Shown here: piece after piece, positions 42,402-51,302 of the stretch
Layout of the letters: each line of letters starts with the position of its first letter
Numbering within the stretch: position 1 is the stretch's first letter
Origin: an uncultured Solirubrobacterales bacterium
GTDB lineage: Bacteria > Actinomycetota > Thermoleophilia > Solirubrobacterales > Solirubrobacteraceae
Direction: 5' to 3'
Assembly (NCBI GenBank): GCA_963795745.1
Contig: CAWCIT010000008.1
Location: 184,232 to 248,231 of the forward strand
Length of the DNA: 64,000 nt
Program-made: the position numbers and the translations under genes
Notes under the pieces: model-generated
What the model was told of the DNA's origin: nothing
Seen by the model: only the letters and a program-made list of their open reading frames with translations
Database searches by the model: none

Positions 42402-42974
42402 GGTCGGCACCTCCCATAGCTGGGGTGTCGGCACCGGGACCACCCCGGCGCCCAGTCCCCGCACACCTATGCGCGGGGTGCCGACCGACTCTGCCTGAAC
42501 CGCCGAACGACCGGCAATCCATAGGGTCTAAGGTGCTCCGCGGACGGCCGTTCACGGCCGGAATTACGGTTCTTGTCGCGGCGCTTCTCGCCTCGAGTGC
42601 CCGGGCCGCCGCAGTGCCGCTGGGGACCGACACCGAGCCTGAGCGGCTCGCGCGGCTCGCCCGGCTGCGCTGGAAGATCGAGCTCAGGCGGCTCCTGGTA
42701 CCGTGCCGTCGAAGACATCTGGTGTCTACACCCACGAGCGCAAGCGCGGGCCACCTCGCCCCCCGTGATCGGCGTCCACGACGAACTCAGCGGCCGGTAC
42801 GGCAGCGCGGCCGAACTGGCGCCATGTGAGCATGTCGCGAGGACGCTCCTGCGAGTCCCGATCCGGACGATAGGGGGCGCTTGGTCCGGCTATTCCAGAC
42901 TTCTGCAATCGCGCCTGTTCTCAGGAGTCCGGCGTCGGCGCGCCTACGGGCGCTCACCCCCGCCGGGCCTGCCG

Positions 42975-43496
42975 TTACGGCCAGGTGAGCTGCTCGGCGA
43001 GCTCGGCGGCCCCGAGCTCGATCAGTCCGCTGCGGGCGACGGCCTCGTACTCGCCGTTACGCAACCCGAGCCACGTGACGATCCCCCCGGCCGGGTCGAC
43101 GATCAGGATCTCGTCGACCTGGTGGGCGGCGTAGAACGGCAGCTTTTGCCAGGTCTCGTCGCCCGGGGAGACGATTTCCACGACGAGCGCCGCCGTCGGC
43201 AGCCACACGCCGGCGGCTCCCGGCCGGTGCAGTCCCCCGTCGGGCACGCGGAAGTCGTGCTCGGACTCGCCGACGTTGAACTCATGCGTCGTGGGGATCA
43301 GGCCCGCCGCCCGGGCTGGGGCGTCGAGGAGCACGGCGAGCTGCTGGGCGATCTGCGCGTGCTCGAAGCTCCGGACGGGAACCAGGTGGCGGACCCCCCG
43401 CCACACCTCGTCGAGGCGGTCGACGCCGGCCCGGCGACGGCGCTCGAGCAACGCCCGCAGCTCGGGCGGCGGGCTGCCGAGCACCAGTGTTGACAC
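42975..43496 (-). CDS. Uma2-family (DUF820) PD-(D/E)xK endonuclease-like protein
   Basis: 173 aa. ...HAQIAQQLAVLL......FRVPDGGL......ALVVEIVSPGDETWQKLPFYAAHQVDEILIVDP matches the Uma2 core (D...E.xS motif). Confidence 0.8.
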   Translation of the reverse strand: MSTLVLGSPPPELRALLERRRRAGVDRLDEVWRGVRHLVPVRSFEHAQIAQQLAVLLDAPARAAGLIPTTHEFNVGESEHDFRVPDGGLHRPGAAGVWLPTAALVVEIVSPGDETWQKLPFYAAHQVDEILIVDPAGGIVTWLGLRNGEYEAVARSGLIELGAAELAEQLTWP

Positions 43497-43545
43497 GCTC
43501 GGAGCCTACCGGCTCACCCCCGGCGGCCCCTCACCCGCCGGCCCC

Positions 43546-43881
43546 TCAGGCGAAGAGCGCCGCCCGCGACCCGACGTCGGGCCGGGCCACCGCGTCGACC
43601 CAGACGTCGCCGTCGCGGACCTCGACCCGGTAGGCGCGGACCGCGAGCTCGTCGGTGTGGCAGCGGCCGCTGGCGAGGTCGAAGCGGCGGTCGTGGAGCG
43701 GGCAGATCACGCAGCCGTCGGCCACGATGCCGTCGGCCAGCGGCCCGCCCCGGTGGGGGCAGCGCTGGTCGAGCGCGTACCAGCCGTGCCGCGTCCTGAA
43801 CACGGCGATCCGCCGTCCGTCGATCTCCACGGCCCGGCCCTCGCCGAGCGGGACGTCGCCCGTGCGGCAGACCCGGGTCAT
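43546..43881 (-). CDS. nirD: Nitrite reductase [NAD(P)H] small subunit (Rieske-like)
   Basis: 111 aa, MTRVCRTGDVPLGEGRAVEIDGRRIAVFR...ALDQRCPHRGGPLADG......VICPLH...FDL.SG. ATG 43881 forms an ATGA overlap with the nirB stop. Confidence 0.9.
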   Translation of the reverse strand: MTRVCRTGDVPLGEGRAVEIDGRRIAVFRTRHGWYALDQRCPHRGGPLADGIVADGCVICPLHDRRFDLASGRCHTDELAVRAYRVEVRDGDVWVDAVARPDVGSRAALFA

Positions 43882-46244
43882 GCCGCCGGCCCGACGACTT
43901 CGACGAACTGGCTCGGGTGGTAGGGGTCGTCGCGCTCGAGCCACGGGTCGCGGACCGCCGCCTTGGCGATGGCCAGCCGCTCGCGCAGCGCCGCCGCCTG
44001 CTCCTCGTCCAGCACGATCTCCCGCAGCCGCTCCAACCCGATGCGCGGGACGAAGGCGTACATGCGCTCCTTGTAGTCGGCGTGCTCGCGGTAGTACTGG
44101 AGGAAGGCGGTGGTCACCCGCAGCGCCTCGGCCGCCGTCTCAACCGTGCAGAGGATGTCGGCCTCGCGCACCGTCGCCCCGGCCGCCCCGCCGATCCGCA
44201 CCTGCCAGCCGCCCTCGACCGCGACCACGCCGATGTCCTTGATCGTCGCCTCGGCGCAGTTGCGCGGGCAGCCGGACACGCCGCTCTTGACCTTGGCCGG
44301 CGTGTGCAGCCCCTCCCACGCCCGCTCCATGTCGATCCCGAGCTGGATCGAGTCGCCCAGGCCGAAGCGGCAGAAGCTCTTGCCCACGCACGTCTTGACC
44401 GTCCGCACGGCCTTGGCGTAGGCGTGGCCCGAGGGCATGCCGATGTCGCGCCAGATGTCGGGCAGATCCTCGCGGCGGACGCCGAGCAGATCGATGCGCT
44501 GACCGCCGGTGATCTTGACCATCGGCACCTCGTACTTCTCGGCCGCGTCGGCGATCCGCCGCAGCTCCGACGGCGTGGTCACGCCGCCGTACATCCGCGG
44601 CACGACCGAGAAGGTGCCGTCGTTCTGGATGTTGGCGTGGACGCGGTCGTTGATGAAGCGCGCGTCGCGCTCCTCGCGGTGGCGGTTGCCGTTGATCTCC
44701 GACACCAGGTAGGCCAGCGCCGGCTTGCAGGCGCCGCAGTCGTGGCCGGTCCCGCACCGCTCGCCGACCGCGCTCACCGCGTCGAGCCCGTGCTCGCGGA
44801 TGACCGCGGCCAGCTCGACGCGCGTCTGCTTGCGGCACGGGCACAGATAGAACGGCTCGTCGGCGGCGTCGCCGCTGATCATGGTCACGATCTCGGCCAC
44901 GAGCGCCCGGCACGAGCCGCAGCCGGTGCCGGCCCGGGTCGCCGCCATCACCTCGCGCGGCGTCGGCAGCCCGTCGGCCACCGCCTGGACGATCTCGCCC
45001 TTGCAGACGCCGTTGCAGTTGCAGACCTGCGCCGCGTCCGGCAGGTCGGCGGCCGTCGCGTTGGTGGCGGCCACCAGGCGGGCCAGCGGGTCGCTCACCA
45101 GCTCCCCGGCGCGCACCGCCTCGAGCAGGTTCTCGTGGCCGCGGATGTCGCCCAGCAGGATCGCCCCGCTGATCTTCCCGTCGCGGAGCACCAGCTTGCG
45201 GTAGATCCGGTCCTCGCGGAACTCGGCGATCGCCGCCTGGTCGGCGTCGGCCTCGCCGATCGAGACCAGGTCGACGCCCATCACCTTGAGCTTGGCCGAC
45301 GGGATGGAGCCGCCGTAGTCGAGCCCGATCCGCCGCAGCACCGTGTCGGCGGCGACCTTGGCCTGCTCGTGGATCGGCGCGACCAGCCCGTAGACGACGC
45401 CCCGATGCTCGGCGCACTCACCGACCGCGAGCACATCGACGGCCGACGTGCGCATGCGGTCGTCGACGACGATCCCCCGCGTACAGGCAACCCCTGCCCC
45501 ACGAGCGAGGGAGATCTCCGGGCGAATGCCGATCGAGACCACGACCAGGTCGGCATCGAGCGAGTCGCCGTCGGCGAACCGGAGCTCCTTGACCCGGCCG
45601 TTGCCGTGCAGGGACGTCGTCTGGCGCCCGAGCTGGACCTCGACGCCGAGGTCGGCCATCGCCGGGGCCAGCATCTCGGCCGCCCCCTGGTCGAGCTGGC
45701 GCTCCATCAGGCGGCCCATCAGGTGCACGACGGTGACCGGCGCCCCCTGGGCGACGACGCCGCGGGCGGCCTCCAGCCCGAGCAGGCCGCCGCCGATCAC
45801 CGCGGCGTGGCGCGCGCCCGACGCCTCGGACCGGATCGCCTCGCAGTCCTCGGGGCCGCGGAAGGGGTAGACGCCCGGGAGGTCGATGCCCTCGATCGGC
45901 GGCATCAGCGGCTGCGACCCGGTGGCCAGGACGAGCGTCGAGTAGGCGAGCGTCTCGCCGCCGCCGAGCGTCACCTCCTTGGCCTCGACGTCCAAGCCGG
46001 TCACCCAGGTGCCCAGGCGCACGTCCACGGAGCGGTCGTCGTACCACTCGCGCGGGCGCAGCTGGAGGGCGTCGGGCTCGTCGCCGGAGACGAGCAGCTC
46101 CGACAGACGCACCCGGTCGTAGGGCAGACGGCCCTCGCCGCAGACGAGGACGATCGGCACCTCGCCGTCGCGGTCGCGGAGCGCCTCGCACACGGCCTGC
46201 CCGGCGATGCCGCCACCGATCACGACGATGGGGGCCAGGTTCAT
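43878..46244 (-). CDS. nirB: Nitrite reductase [NAD(P)H] large subunit (FAD/NAD, BFD-like 2Fe-2S, sirohaem/4Fe-4S domains)
   Basis: IVVIGGGIAGQA, AAVIGGGLLGLEAA, CNCNGVCKGEI (BFD), and the sirohaem-binding Cys cluster TCVGKSFCRFG...GVSGCPRNCAEA. ATG 46244 forms an ATGA overlap with the upstream stop. The tracked 2096-aa ORF is a same-frame run-on. Confidence 0.95.
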   Translation of the reverse strand: MNLAPIVVIGGGIAGQAVCEALRDRDGEVPIVLVCGEGRLPYDRVRLSELLVSGDEPDALQLRPREWYDDRSVDVRLGTWVTGLDVEAKEVTLGGGETLAYSTLVLATGSQPLMPPIEGIDLPGVYPFRGPEDCEAIRSEASGARHAAVIGGGLLGLEAARGVVAQGAPVTVVHLMGRLMERQLDQGAAEMLAPAMADLGVEVQLGRQTTSLHGNGRVKELRFADGDSLDADLVVVSIGIRPEISLARGAGVACTRGIVVDDRMRTSAVDVLAVGECAEHRGVVYGLVAPIHEQAKVAADTVLRRIGLDYGGSIPSAKLKVMGVDLVSIGEADADQAAIAEFREDRIYRKLVLRDGKISGAILLGDIRGHENLLEAVRAGELVSDPLARLVAATNATAADLPDAAQVCNCNGVCKGEIVQAVADGLPTPREVMAATRAGTGCGSCRALVAEIVTMISGDAADEPFYLCPCRKQTRVELAAVIREHGLDAVSAVGERCGTGHDCGACKPALAYLVSEINGNRHREERDARFINDRVHANIQNDGTFSVVPRMYGGVTTPSELRRIADAAEKYEVPMVKITGGQRIDLLGVRREDLPDIWRDIGMPSGHAYAKAVRTVKTCVGKSFCRFGLGDSIQLGIDMERAWEGLHTPAKVKSGVSGCPRNCAEATIKDIGVVAVEGGWQVRIGGAAGATVREADILCTVETAAEALRVTTAFLQYYREHADYKERMYAFVPRIGLERLREIVLDEEQAAALRERLAIAKAAVRDPWLERDDPYHPSQFVEVVGPAA

Positions 46245-49200
46245 GCCCGGATCATGCCCCCGGCCGGTTTCCCCGCCGTCTCGGCATCGTTTCCATCCGA
46301 TGAACGGTCGAGGAGCTCCTCGATCTGCGCCGCGCAGCCGCCGCAGCCGGTTCCCGCCCGGGTGACGTTGCCGACCTGGGCCGCCGTCCGCAGGCCGCCG
46401 CCGGCGATCGCCGCCGCGATCTGCCCTTGGGTCACGGCGTTGCACGAGCAGACGACGGTCTCCGGACCGGGCGCCTGGACCGCGACGGGCGCGCCGCCCG
46501 GCTCGAGCAGCGCGGCCGGGACCGGGTCGCCGCTGCGCAGCAGGCCGGACAGGAGCCGCGCCTCGGCGCTGTCGCCGACCAGGAGCGCCCCGCTCAGGCG
46601 GTCGCCGTCGAGCACGAGCTTGCGGTAGACGCCCCGGCGGGTGTTGCTCTGGACGACCTCGTCGCGGCCGGCGGCGACGCCGCCGGCGAACACCTCGACC
46701 CCGGCGACCTTCAGCGTCGTGGCCCCGATCGTCGCGTGGAAGGCCCCCGGCTGGCCGGCGATCACCGCCCCGGCCACGCGGGCCTGCTCGGCGAGCGGCG
46801 CCCACAGGCCGTAGACGCAGCCGCGGTGCTCGGCGCACTCGCCGACCGCGAACACGCCGGCGGCGCTCGTGCGCAGCTCGTCGTCGACGACGATCCCCCG
46901 GGCGCACTCGAGGCCGGCCGCCCGGGCCAGCGTCGTCTCCGCGCGCACGCCCACGGCGAGCACGACGAGGGCGGCCGGCAGGCGCTCGCCGGTGTCCAGG
47001 TGGACGGCGTCCGGCTCGATCCGCTCGACCGACCGCCCGACGCGGGCGTAGAGGCCGAGGTCGCGCAGGCGCCGGCGGAGGATCGCCGCCGCACCGCCGT
47101 CGAGCTGCTGGGCCATCAGCCGGTCGGCCAGCTCGATCACCGTGACCGTCTTGCCCTGGGCTCGCAGCCCGGCCGCCGCCTCGAGGCCGAGCAGGCCGCC
47201 GCCGACCACGACCGCCGCCCGGCCCGGGGCGTTGCGCAGGGCCTCGACGTCGTGGGCGGTCCGGAAGAGCTGGACGTGCGGCAGGTCGGCACCGGGAATC
47301 GGCGGGCGCACGGCCCGCGACCCGGTGGCCAGGACGAGCCTGTCGTACGGATGGGGCTCGCCGCTGCGGTCGACGACGACGCGGGCGTCGAGGTCGACGC
47401 GGTCGGCCCCGCAGCCGCCGCGCAGGTCGACGCCGTGGGCGGCGTACCAGTCGGCCGGGCGCAGCTGGGTCTCGACGTAGCCGGCGGTCCCGGCCAGGAC
47501 CTTCGACAGGAGCACGCGGTTGTAGGCCGGCCCGTACTCCTCGCCGAGCATCGTCACCCGCAGCGACGGCTCGCGGCGGATCACCTCCTCGACGACCGCC
47601 AGGCCGGCCATGCCGGTGCCGATGACGACGACCCGCTGCGGCGGCCGCGTCCGCCGGCGCCCGGCCGGGAGGCGGGCCGCGCGGGCGGGGCCGGCGAGCC
47701 GGGCGGCCGGGACGGACGGCGCGCCGACGCGCTCGACCCGGACCGCCGCCGCCTTGAGCTCCGGCTGGCGTGAGACCGGGTCGACCGCCCCGTGGGTCGC
47801 CTGGTTGAGCTGGCCGGCCCCGGCCGGCGAGTGGAGGAGGCCCCAGTGGAAGGGCGCGAAGGCGACCCCCCGCGGCAGCTGGTCGTCGAGCCGCGCCGTG
47901 GCCCGGAGCTCGCCCCGCGGCGACACGATCCGGACCTGGTCGCCGGCGGCGATGCCGGCGGCGTCGGCCGGGTGGAGCTCGACGAACGGGTCGCCCGTGC
48001 GCAGGGCCGGCGCCTTCCCCGTCCGGGTCATCGTGTGCCACTGCTCGGCGATCCGGCCGGTGGTCAAGGTCAGCGGGTAGTCGTCGGTCGGCGCCTCGAC
48101 CGGCAGCGCGTGCTCGGTGGCGGCGAACCGGGCCCGGCCGTCGGGCGTCGGGAAGCGGCGGTCGGCGTAGAGGCGGACCGTGCCGTCGTGCTCCTCGGCC
48201 GGACACGGCCACTGGACGCTCCCGGCCCGGCGCAGGCGCTCGTGGCTGAGGCCGCTGACGTCGCACGGCCGCCCGGCGGTGATCGCCGCGAACTCCGCGT
48301 AGACGGCGGCGGCGTCGGGCCAGGCGAACTCGTCGCCGTGGCCGAGGGCCGCGGCCAGGCCGGCGAAGATCCTCCAGTCGGGGCGGGCCTCGCCCGGCGG
48401 GTCGATCAGCTTGCGCACCAGCCCGACCCGGCGCTCGGAGTTGGTCATCGCCCCCTCCTTCTCCGGCCAGGCGGCCGCCGGCAGGACGACGTGGGCGAGT
48501 GCCGAGGTCTCGGTCGGGTGGTGGGCGTCCTGGACGACGACGAGCTCGGCCTGGGCCAGCGCCTCGCGGACCGCGTCCGAGTCGGGCATCGACACCGCCG
48601 GGTTGGTGGCCACGATCCAGATCGCCTTGACCCGGCCGGGGTCGAAGATCTCGGTGGCGGTCAGCCCCGGCCGCGGGTCGATCGGGCCGGGCGTCGACCA
48701 GTGGGCCTCGAGGGCCGCGCGGTCGTCCGCGTCGGCGACCTCGCGATAGCCGGGCAGGAGGTGGGCGAGGCCGCCGGCCTCGCGCCCGCCCATCGCGTTC
48801 GGCTGGCCGGTCAGCGACAGGGGGCCGGCCCCGGGGCGCCCGATCTGCCCGGTGGCCAGGCAGAGGTTGATCAGCGCGCGATTCTTCAGCGTCCCGACCG
48901 TCGACTGGTTGGCGCCCATCGACCACAGGGCCATCGCCCCGCCGGCGCCGGCGAAGCGCCGGGCGGCGAGCTCGATGTCGGCGGCGGCGATGCCGCAGAC
49001 CTCGGCCGCCCGGGCCGGGGGCCACTGGCCCGCGACCGCCCGGGCCGCCTCGAAGCCGGTCGTGCGCCGGTCGATGAAGTCCTGGTCGAGCAGGCCGTCC
49101 CGGTCGATCGTGTGGAGCATGGCGTTCAGCAGGGCGAGGTCGGTGCCGGGCCGGACGGCGAGGTGGAGGTCCGACCCCTTGGCCGTCGGCGTCGGCCGCG

Positions 49201-49774
49201 GGTCGACGCAGATGACGAAGGCGCCCTCGGCCTGGCGCTCGCGGATCCGCGCCCACAGGATCGGGTGGCAGGCGGCGGCGTTCGACCCCAACAGCAGCAG
49301 GCAGTCGGCGAGGGCGAGGTCGGCGTAGGCCGGCGGCGGGCCGTCGAAGCCGAATGCGCCCTTGTAGCCGGCGACCGCGCTCGACATGCACAGGCGCGAG
49401 TTCGAGTCGACGTTGTTGGTGGCCAGGAACCCCTTCGCCAGCTTGTTGACCACGTAGTAGTCCTCGGTCAGGAGCTGCCCCGAGATGTAGAAGGCGATCT
49501 CGCCCGGCTCGTAGCCCCGCAGCCGGGCGGCCAGCCGCTCGAACGCGTCCGGCCAGCCGGTGGGCACGAAGCGGGAGTCGCGGTCCTCGCGCCAGAGGGG
49601 CGTCGTCGCCCGGTCGACCGCGTGGACGGCGGCGGCCAGCTCGAGCGGCTTGCGGCAGGTCCGGCCGTGGCTGACCGGGTGGATCGGGTCGCCCTCGACG
49701 GCGGCCAGGCGGTTGCCCTCGGCGCGCACGATCAACCCGCAGCCGGTGCCGCAGTAGGGGCAGAGGGTTCTCAT
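46241..49774 (-). CDS. Assimilatory nitrate reductase: a molybdopterin (MopB) catalytic domain fused to a NirB-N-terminal-like FAD/NAD(P)H flavoprotein and a BFD-like [2Fe-2S] domain
   Basis: The N-terminal 4Fe-4S motif CPYCGTGCG, then YISGQLLTEDYYVVNKLAKGF, NSRLCMSSAV and the molybdopterin blocks. From about residue 700 onward: VVVIGTGMAGLA, AAVVVGGGLLGLEAA, and a C-terminal CSCNAVTQGQI...AGTGCGGC. 1177 aa. Confidence 0.9.
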   Translation of the reverse strand: MRTLCPYCGTGCGLIVRAEGNRLAAVEGDPIHPVSHGRTCRKPLELAAAVHAVDRATTPLWREDRDSRFVPTGWPDAFERLAARLRGYEPGEIAFYISGQLLTEDYYVVNKLAKGFLATNNVDSNSRLCMSSAVAGYKGAFGFDGPPPAYADLALADCLLLLGSNAAACHPILWARIRERQAEGAFVICVDPRPTPTAKGSDLHLAVRPGTDLALLNAMLHTIDRDGLLDQDFIDRRTTGFEAARAVAGQWPPARAAEVCGIAAADIELAARRFAGAGGAMALWSMGANQSTVGTLKNRALINLCLATGQIGRPGAGPLSLTGQPNAMGGREAGGLAHLLPGYREVADADDRAALEAHWSTPGPIDPRPGLTATEIFDPGRVKAIWIVATNPAVSMPDSDAVREALAQAELVVVQDAHHPTETSALAHVVLPAAAWPEKEGAMTNSERRVGLVRKLIDPPGEARPDWRIFAGLAAALGHGDEFAWPDAAAVYAEFAAITAGRPCDVSGLSHERLRRAGSVQWPCPAEEHDGTVRLYADRRFPTPDGRARFAATEHALPVEAPTDDYPLTLTTGRIAEQWHTMTRTGKAPALRTGDPFVELHPADAAGIAAGDQVRIVSPRGELRATARLDDQLPRGVAFAPFHWGLLHSPAGAGQLNQATHGAVDPVSRQPELKAAAVRVERVGAPSVPAARLAGPARAARLPAGRRRTRPPQRVVVIGTGMAGLAVVEEVIRREPSLRVTMLGEEYGPAYNRVLLSKVLAGTAGYVETQLRPADWYAAHGVDLRGGCGADRVDLDARVVVDRSGEPHPYDRLVLATGSRAVRPPIPGADLPHVQLFRTAHDVEALRNAPGRAAVVVGGGLLGLEAAAGLRAQGKTVTVIELADRLMAQQLDGGAAAILRRRLRDLGLYARVGRSVERIEPDAVHLDTGERLPAALVVLAVGVRAETTLARAAGLECARGIVVDDELRTSAAGVFAVGECAEHRGCVYGLWAPLAEQARVAGAVIAGQPGAFHATIGATTLKVAGVEVFAGGVAAGRDEVVQSNTRRGVYRKLVLDGDRLSGALLVGDSAEARLLSGLLRSGDPVPAALLEPGGAPVAVQAPGPETVVCSCNAVTQGQIAAAIAGGGLRTAAQVGNVTRAGTGCGGCAAQIEELLDRSSDGNDAETAGKPAGGMIRA

Positions 49775-49801
49775 CGTCCGCCGGCATCGTCCCCGGCGGC
49801 G

Positions 49802-49840
49802 GTAACCGGGGCGGGTCGCCCGTGTGAACGCTGGATGAAC
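49802..49840. promoter_or_regulatory. Phased GTAAC / TGAAC / TGAAC direct repeats in the nas-glnA divergent promoter region (candidate GlnR-type site)
   Basis: GTAAC is at 49802, TGAAC at 49825 and TGAAC at 49836. The last two are separated by exactly 6 nt (an 11-bp period). Confidence 0.3.
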
Positions 49841-49887
49841 GGCCTGGGCCGGCGCCGGCCTCGCCGCGGCGGGATACTGGCCGGGCG

Positions 49888-51186
49888 ATGGCGACGAACT
49901 CCGACTTCGTCCTGCGCACGGTCGAGGAGCGCGGAGTCCGGTTCGTCCGGCTCTGGTTCGTCGACGTGCTCGGCCTGGCCAAGTCGATCGCCATTCCCAT
50001 CTCCGAGCTCGAGGCGGCGCTCGAGGGCGGGGTCGGCGTCGACGGCTCGGCCCTGGAGGGGTCGGCCCGGCTGGCCGAGCGCGACGTGATCCTCCATCCC
50101 GACCCGGCGACCTTCCAGATCCTGCCCTGGCGGCCGGACTCGGTCGTCGCGCGCATGTTCTGCGACACGTGCCTGCCCGATCGCTCGCCGTTTCCCGGCG
50201 ACTCGCGCGAGGCCCTCCGACGGGTCCTGTCGGCGGCGGCCGACCAGGGCTACAGCTTCCAGGTCGGGGCCGAGATCGAGTTCTTCCTGTTCTCGGGCGC
50301 GGCCGGCGACGATCCGCCGGTGCCGCTGGACGACGGCGGCTACTTCGACCTCACCGCCCAGGACCTCGGGTCCGACTTCCGCCGGCGGACGATCGAGTAT
50401 CTGGAGCAGATGGGGATCCCGGTCAAGGCCTCCCACCACGAGGCGGCGCCGTCGCAGCACGAGATCGACCTCGAGCACACCGACGCCCTGTCGATGGCCG
50501 ACGCGACCACGACGTTCCGCATCGTGGTCAAGGAGGTCGCCCGCGAGCTCGGCCACTACGCGTCGTTCATGCCGCAGCCGCTCGAGGGTCAGCCGGGCTC
50601 GGGCATGCACCTCCACCTGTCGCTGCTGCACGGCGACGGCGCCAACGCGTTCTCGGGCGCCGGCGACCCGCTGTCGGCCGTCGGCCGCGCCTTCCTCGCC
50701 GGGGTCCTCGGCCACGGCCGCGAGCTGTCGGCGGTCACCAACCAGTGGGTCAACTCCTACAAGCGGCTGGCCGGCGGCGACGAGGCTCCTTCCCATGTCG
50801 GCTGGACCCGCCACGGCCGGGCCGGGCTCGTCCGCGTGCCCGACGGCCGCCCCACCCGGCCGGCCGCGGCCCGCATCGAGCTCCGGTCGCCCGACCCGGC
50901 CTGCAACCCCTACCTCGCCTTCGCCCTGATCCTGGCCGCCGGCCTGCGGGGCATCGAGCGCGGCTACGAGCTGCCGCCGGAGATCGTCGACGAGCCGCCG
51001 GCCGGGACGGCGCGGCTCCCCGAGAGCCTGCACGAGGCAACCGACCTGTTCGACGCCTCCGAGCTCGCCCGCGACGCCCTCGGCGACCGGCTGTGCGACT
51101 GGTACGTGCGCAACAAGCGGCGCGAGTGGGAGGAGTATCGCCGGACGGTCTCGCCGTACGAGCGGCGGCGCTACCTGCGGCTCTGA
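49888..51186 (+). CDS. glnA: Glutamine synthetase family protein (type I-like, 432 aa)
   Basis: VRFVRLWFVDVLG (beta-grasp), FDGS-type region VDGSALEG, EIEFFLF, KASHHEAAPSQHEIDL, SFMPQP...PGSGMHLHLSL, NSYKRL: canonical GS motifs. Confidence 0.9.
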   Translation: MATNSDFVLRTVEERGVRFVRLWFVDVLGLAKSIAIPISELEAALEGGVGVDGSALEGSARLAERDVILHPDPATFQILPWRPDSVVARMFCDTCLPDRSPFPGDSREALRRVLSAAADQGYSFQVGAEIEFFLFSGAAGDDPPVPLDDGGYFDLTAQDLGSDFRRRTIEYLEQMGIPVKASHHEAAPSQHEIDLEHTDALSMADATTTFRIVVKEVARELGHYASFMPQPLEGQPGSGMHLHLSLLHGDGANAFSGAGDPLSAVGRAFLAGVLGHGRELSAVTNQWVNSYKRLAGGDEAPSHVGWTRHGRAGLVRVPDGRPTRPAAARIELRSPDPACNPYLAFALILAAGLRGIERGYELPPEIVDEPPAGTARLPESLHEATDLFDASELARDALGDRLCDWYVRNKRREWEEYRRTVSPYERRRYLRL

Positions 51187-51302
51187 GGCGGCGGGTCGCC
51201 GGCCGGGTCGTGGTCGGCGGGCGGTCTGGGCGGACCGGCGGCCGGGCGCGGCCGGTCCCGCCGAGCGGCGTCCGCCTCCGGCTTGCGGGCCGGCCGGCGG
51301 CC

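Noticed and set aside
42630-42700. …ERLARLARLRWKIEL… as an IS4-family transposase gene
   Set aside because: Only about 15 residues resemble the Y-x-x-RW-x-IE C-terminal motif. There is no surrounding transposase ORF. I mention it as a relic in the island finding, not as a feature.
43878-50168. A 2096-aa ORF that looks like one enormous protein
   Set aside because: Only the C-terminal 788 aa (from ATG 46244) are protein-like, and they are NirB. Everything upstream is Arg/Gly/Pro-rich and lies out of frame over the well-supported nitrate reductase gene 46241..49774. It is a stop-free shadow frame, typical of very GC-rich DNA.
51228-51262. A GC-rich hairpin (ggaccggc / gccggtcc, 11-nt loop) between the convergent glnA and YdbT-like genes as an intrinsic terminator. 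A similar one lies at 11531-11552, downstream of the MerR gene
   Set aside because: The stems are short (8-9 bp, one with a mismatch). Neither is followed by a U-tract on either strand. In DNA this GC-rich, such pairings arise by chance, so I did not call them terminators.
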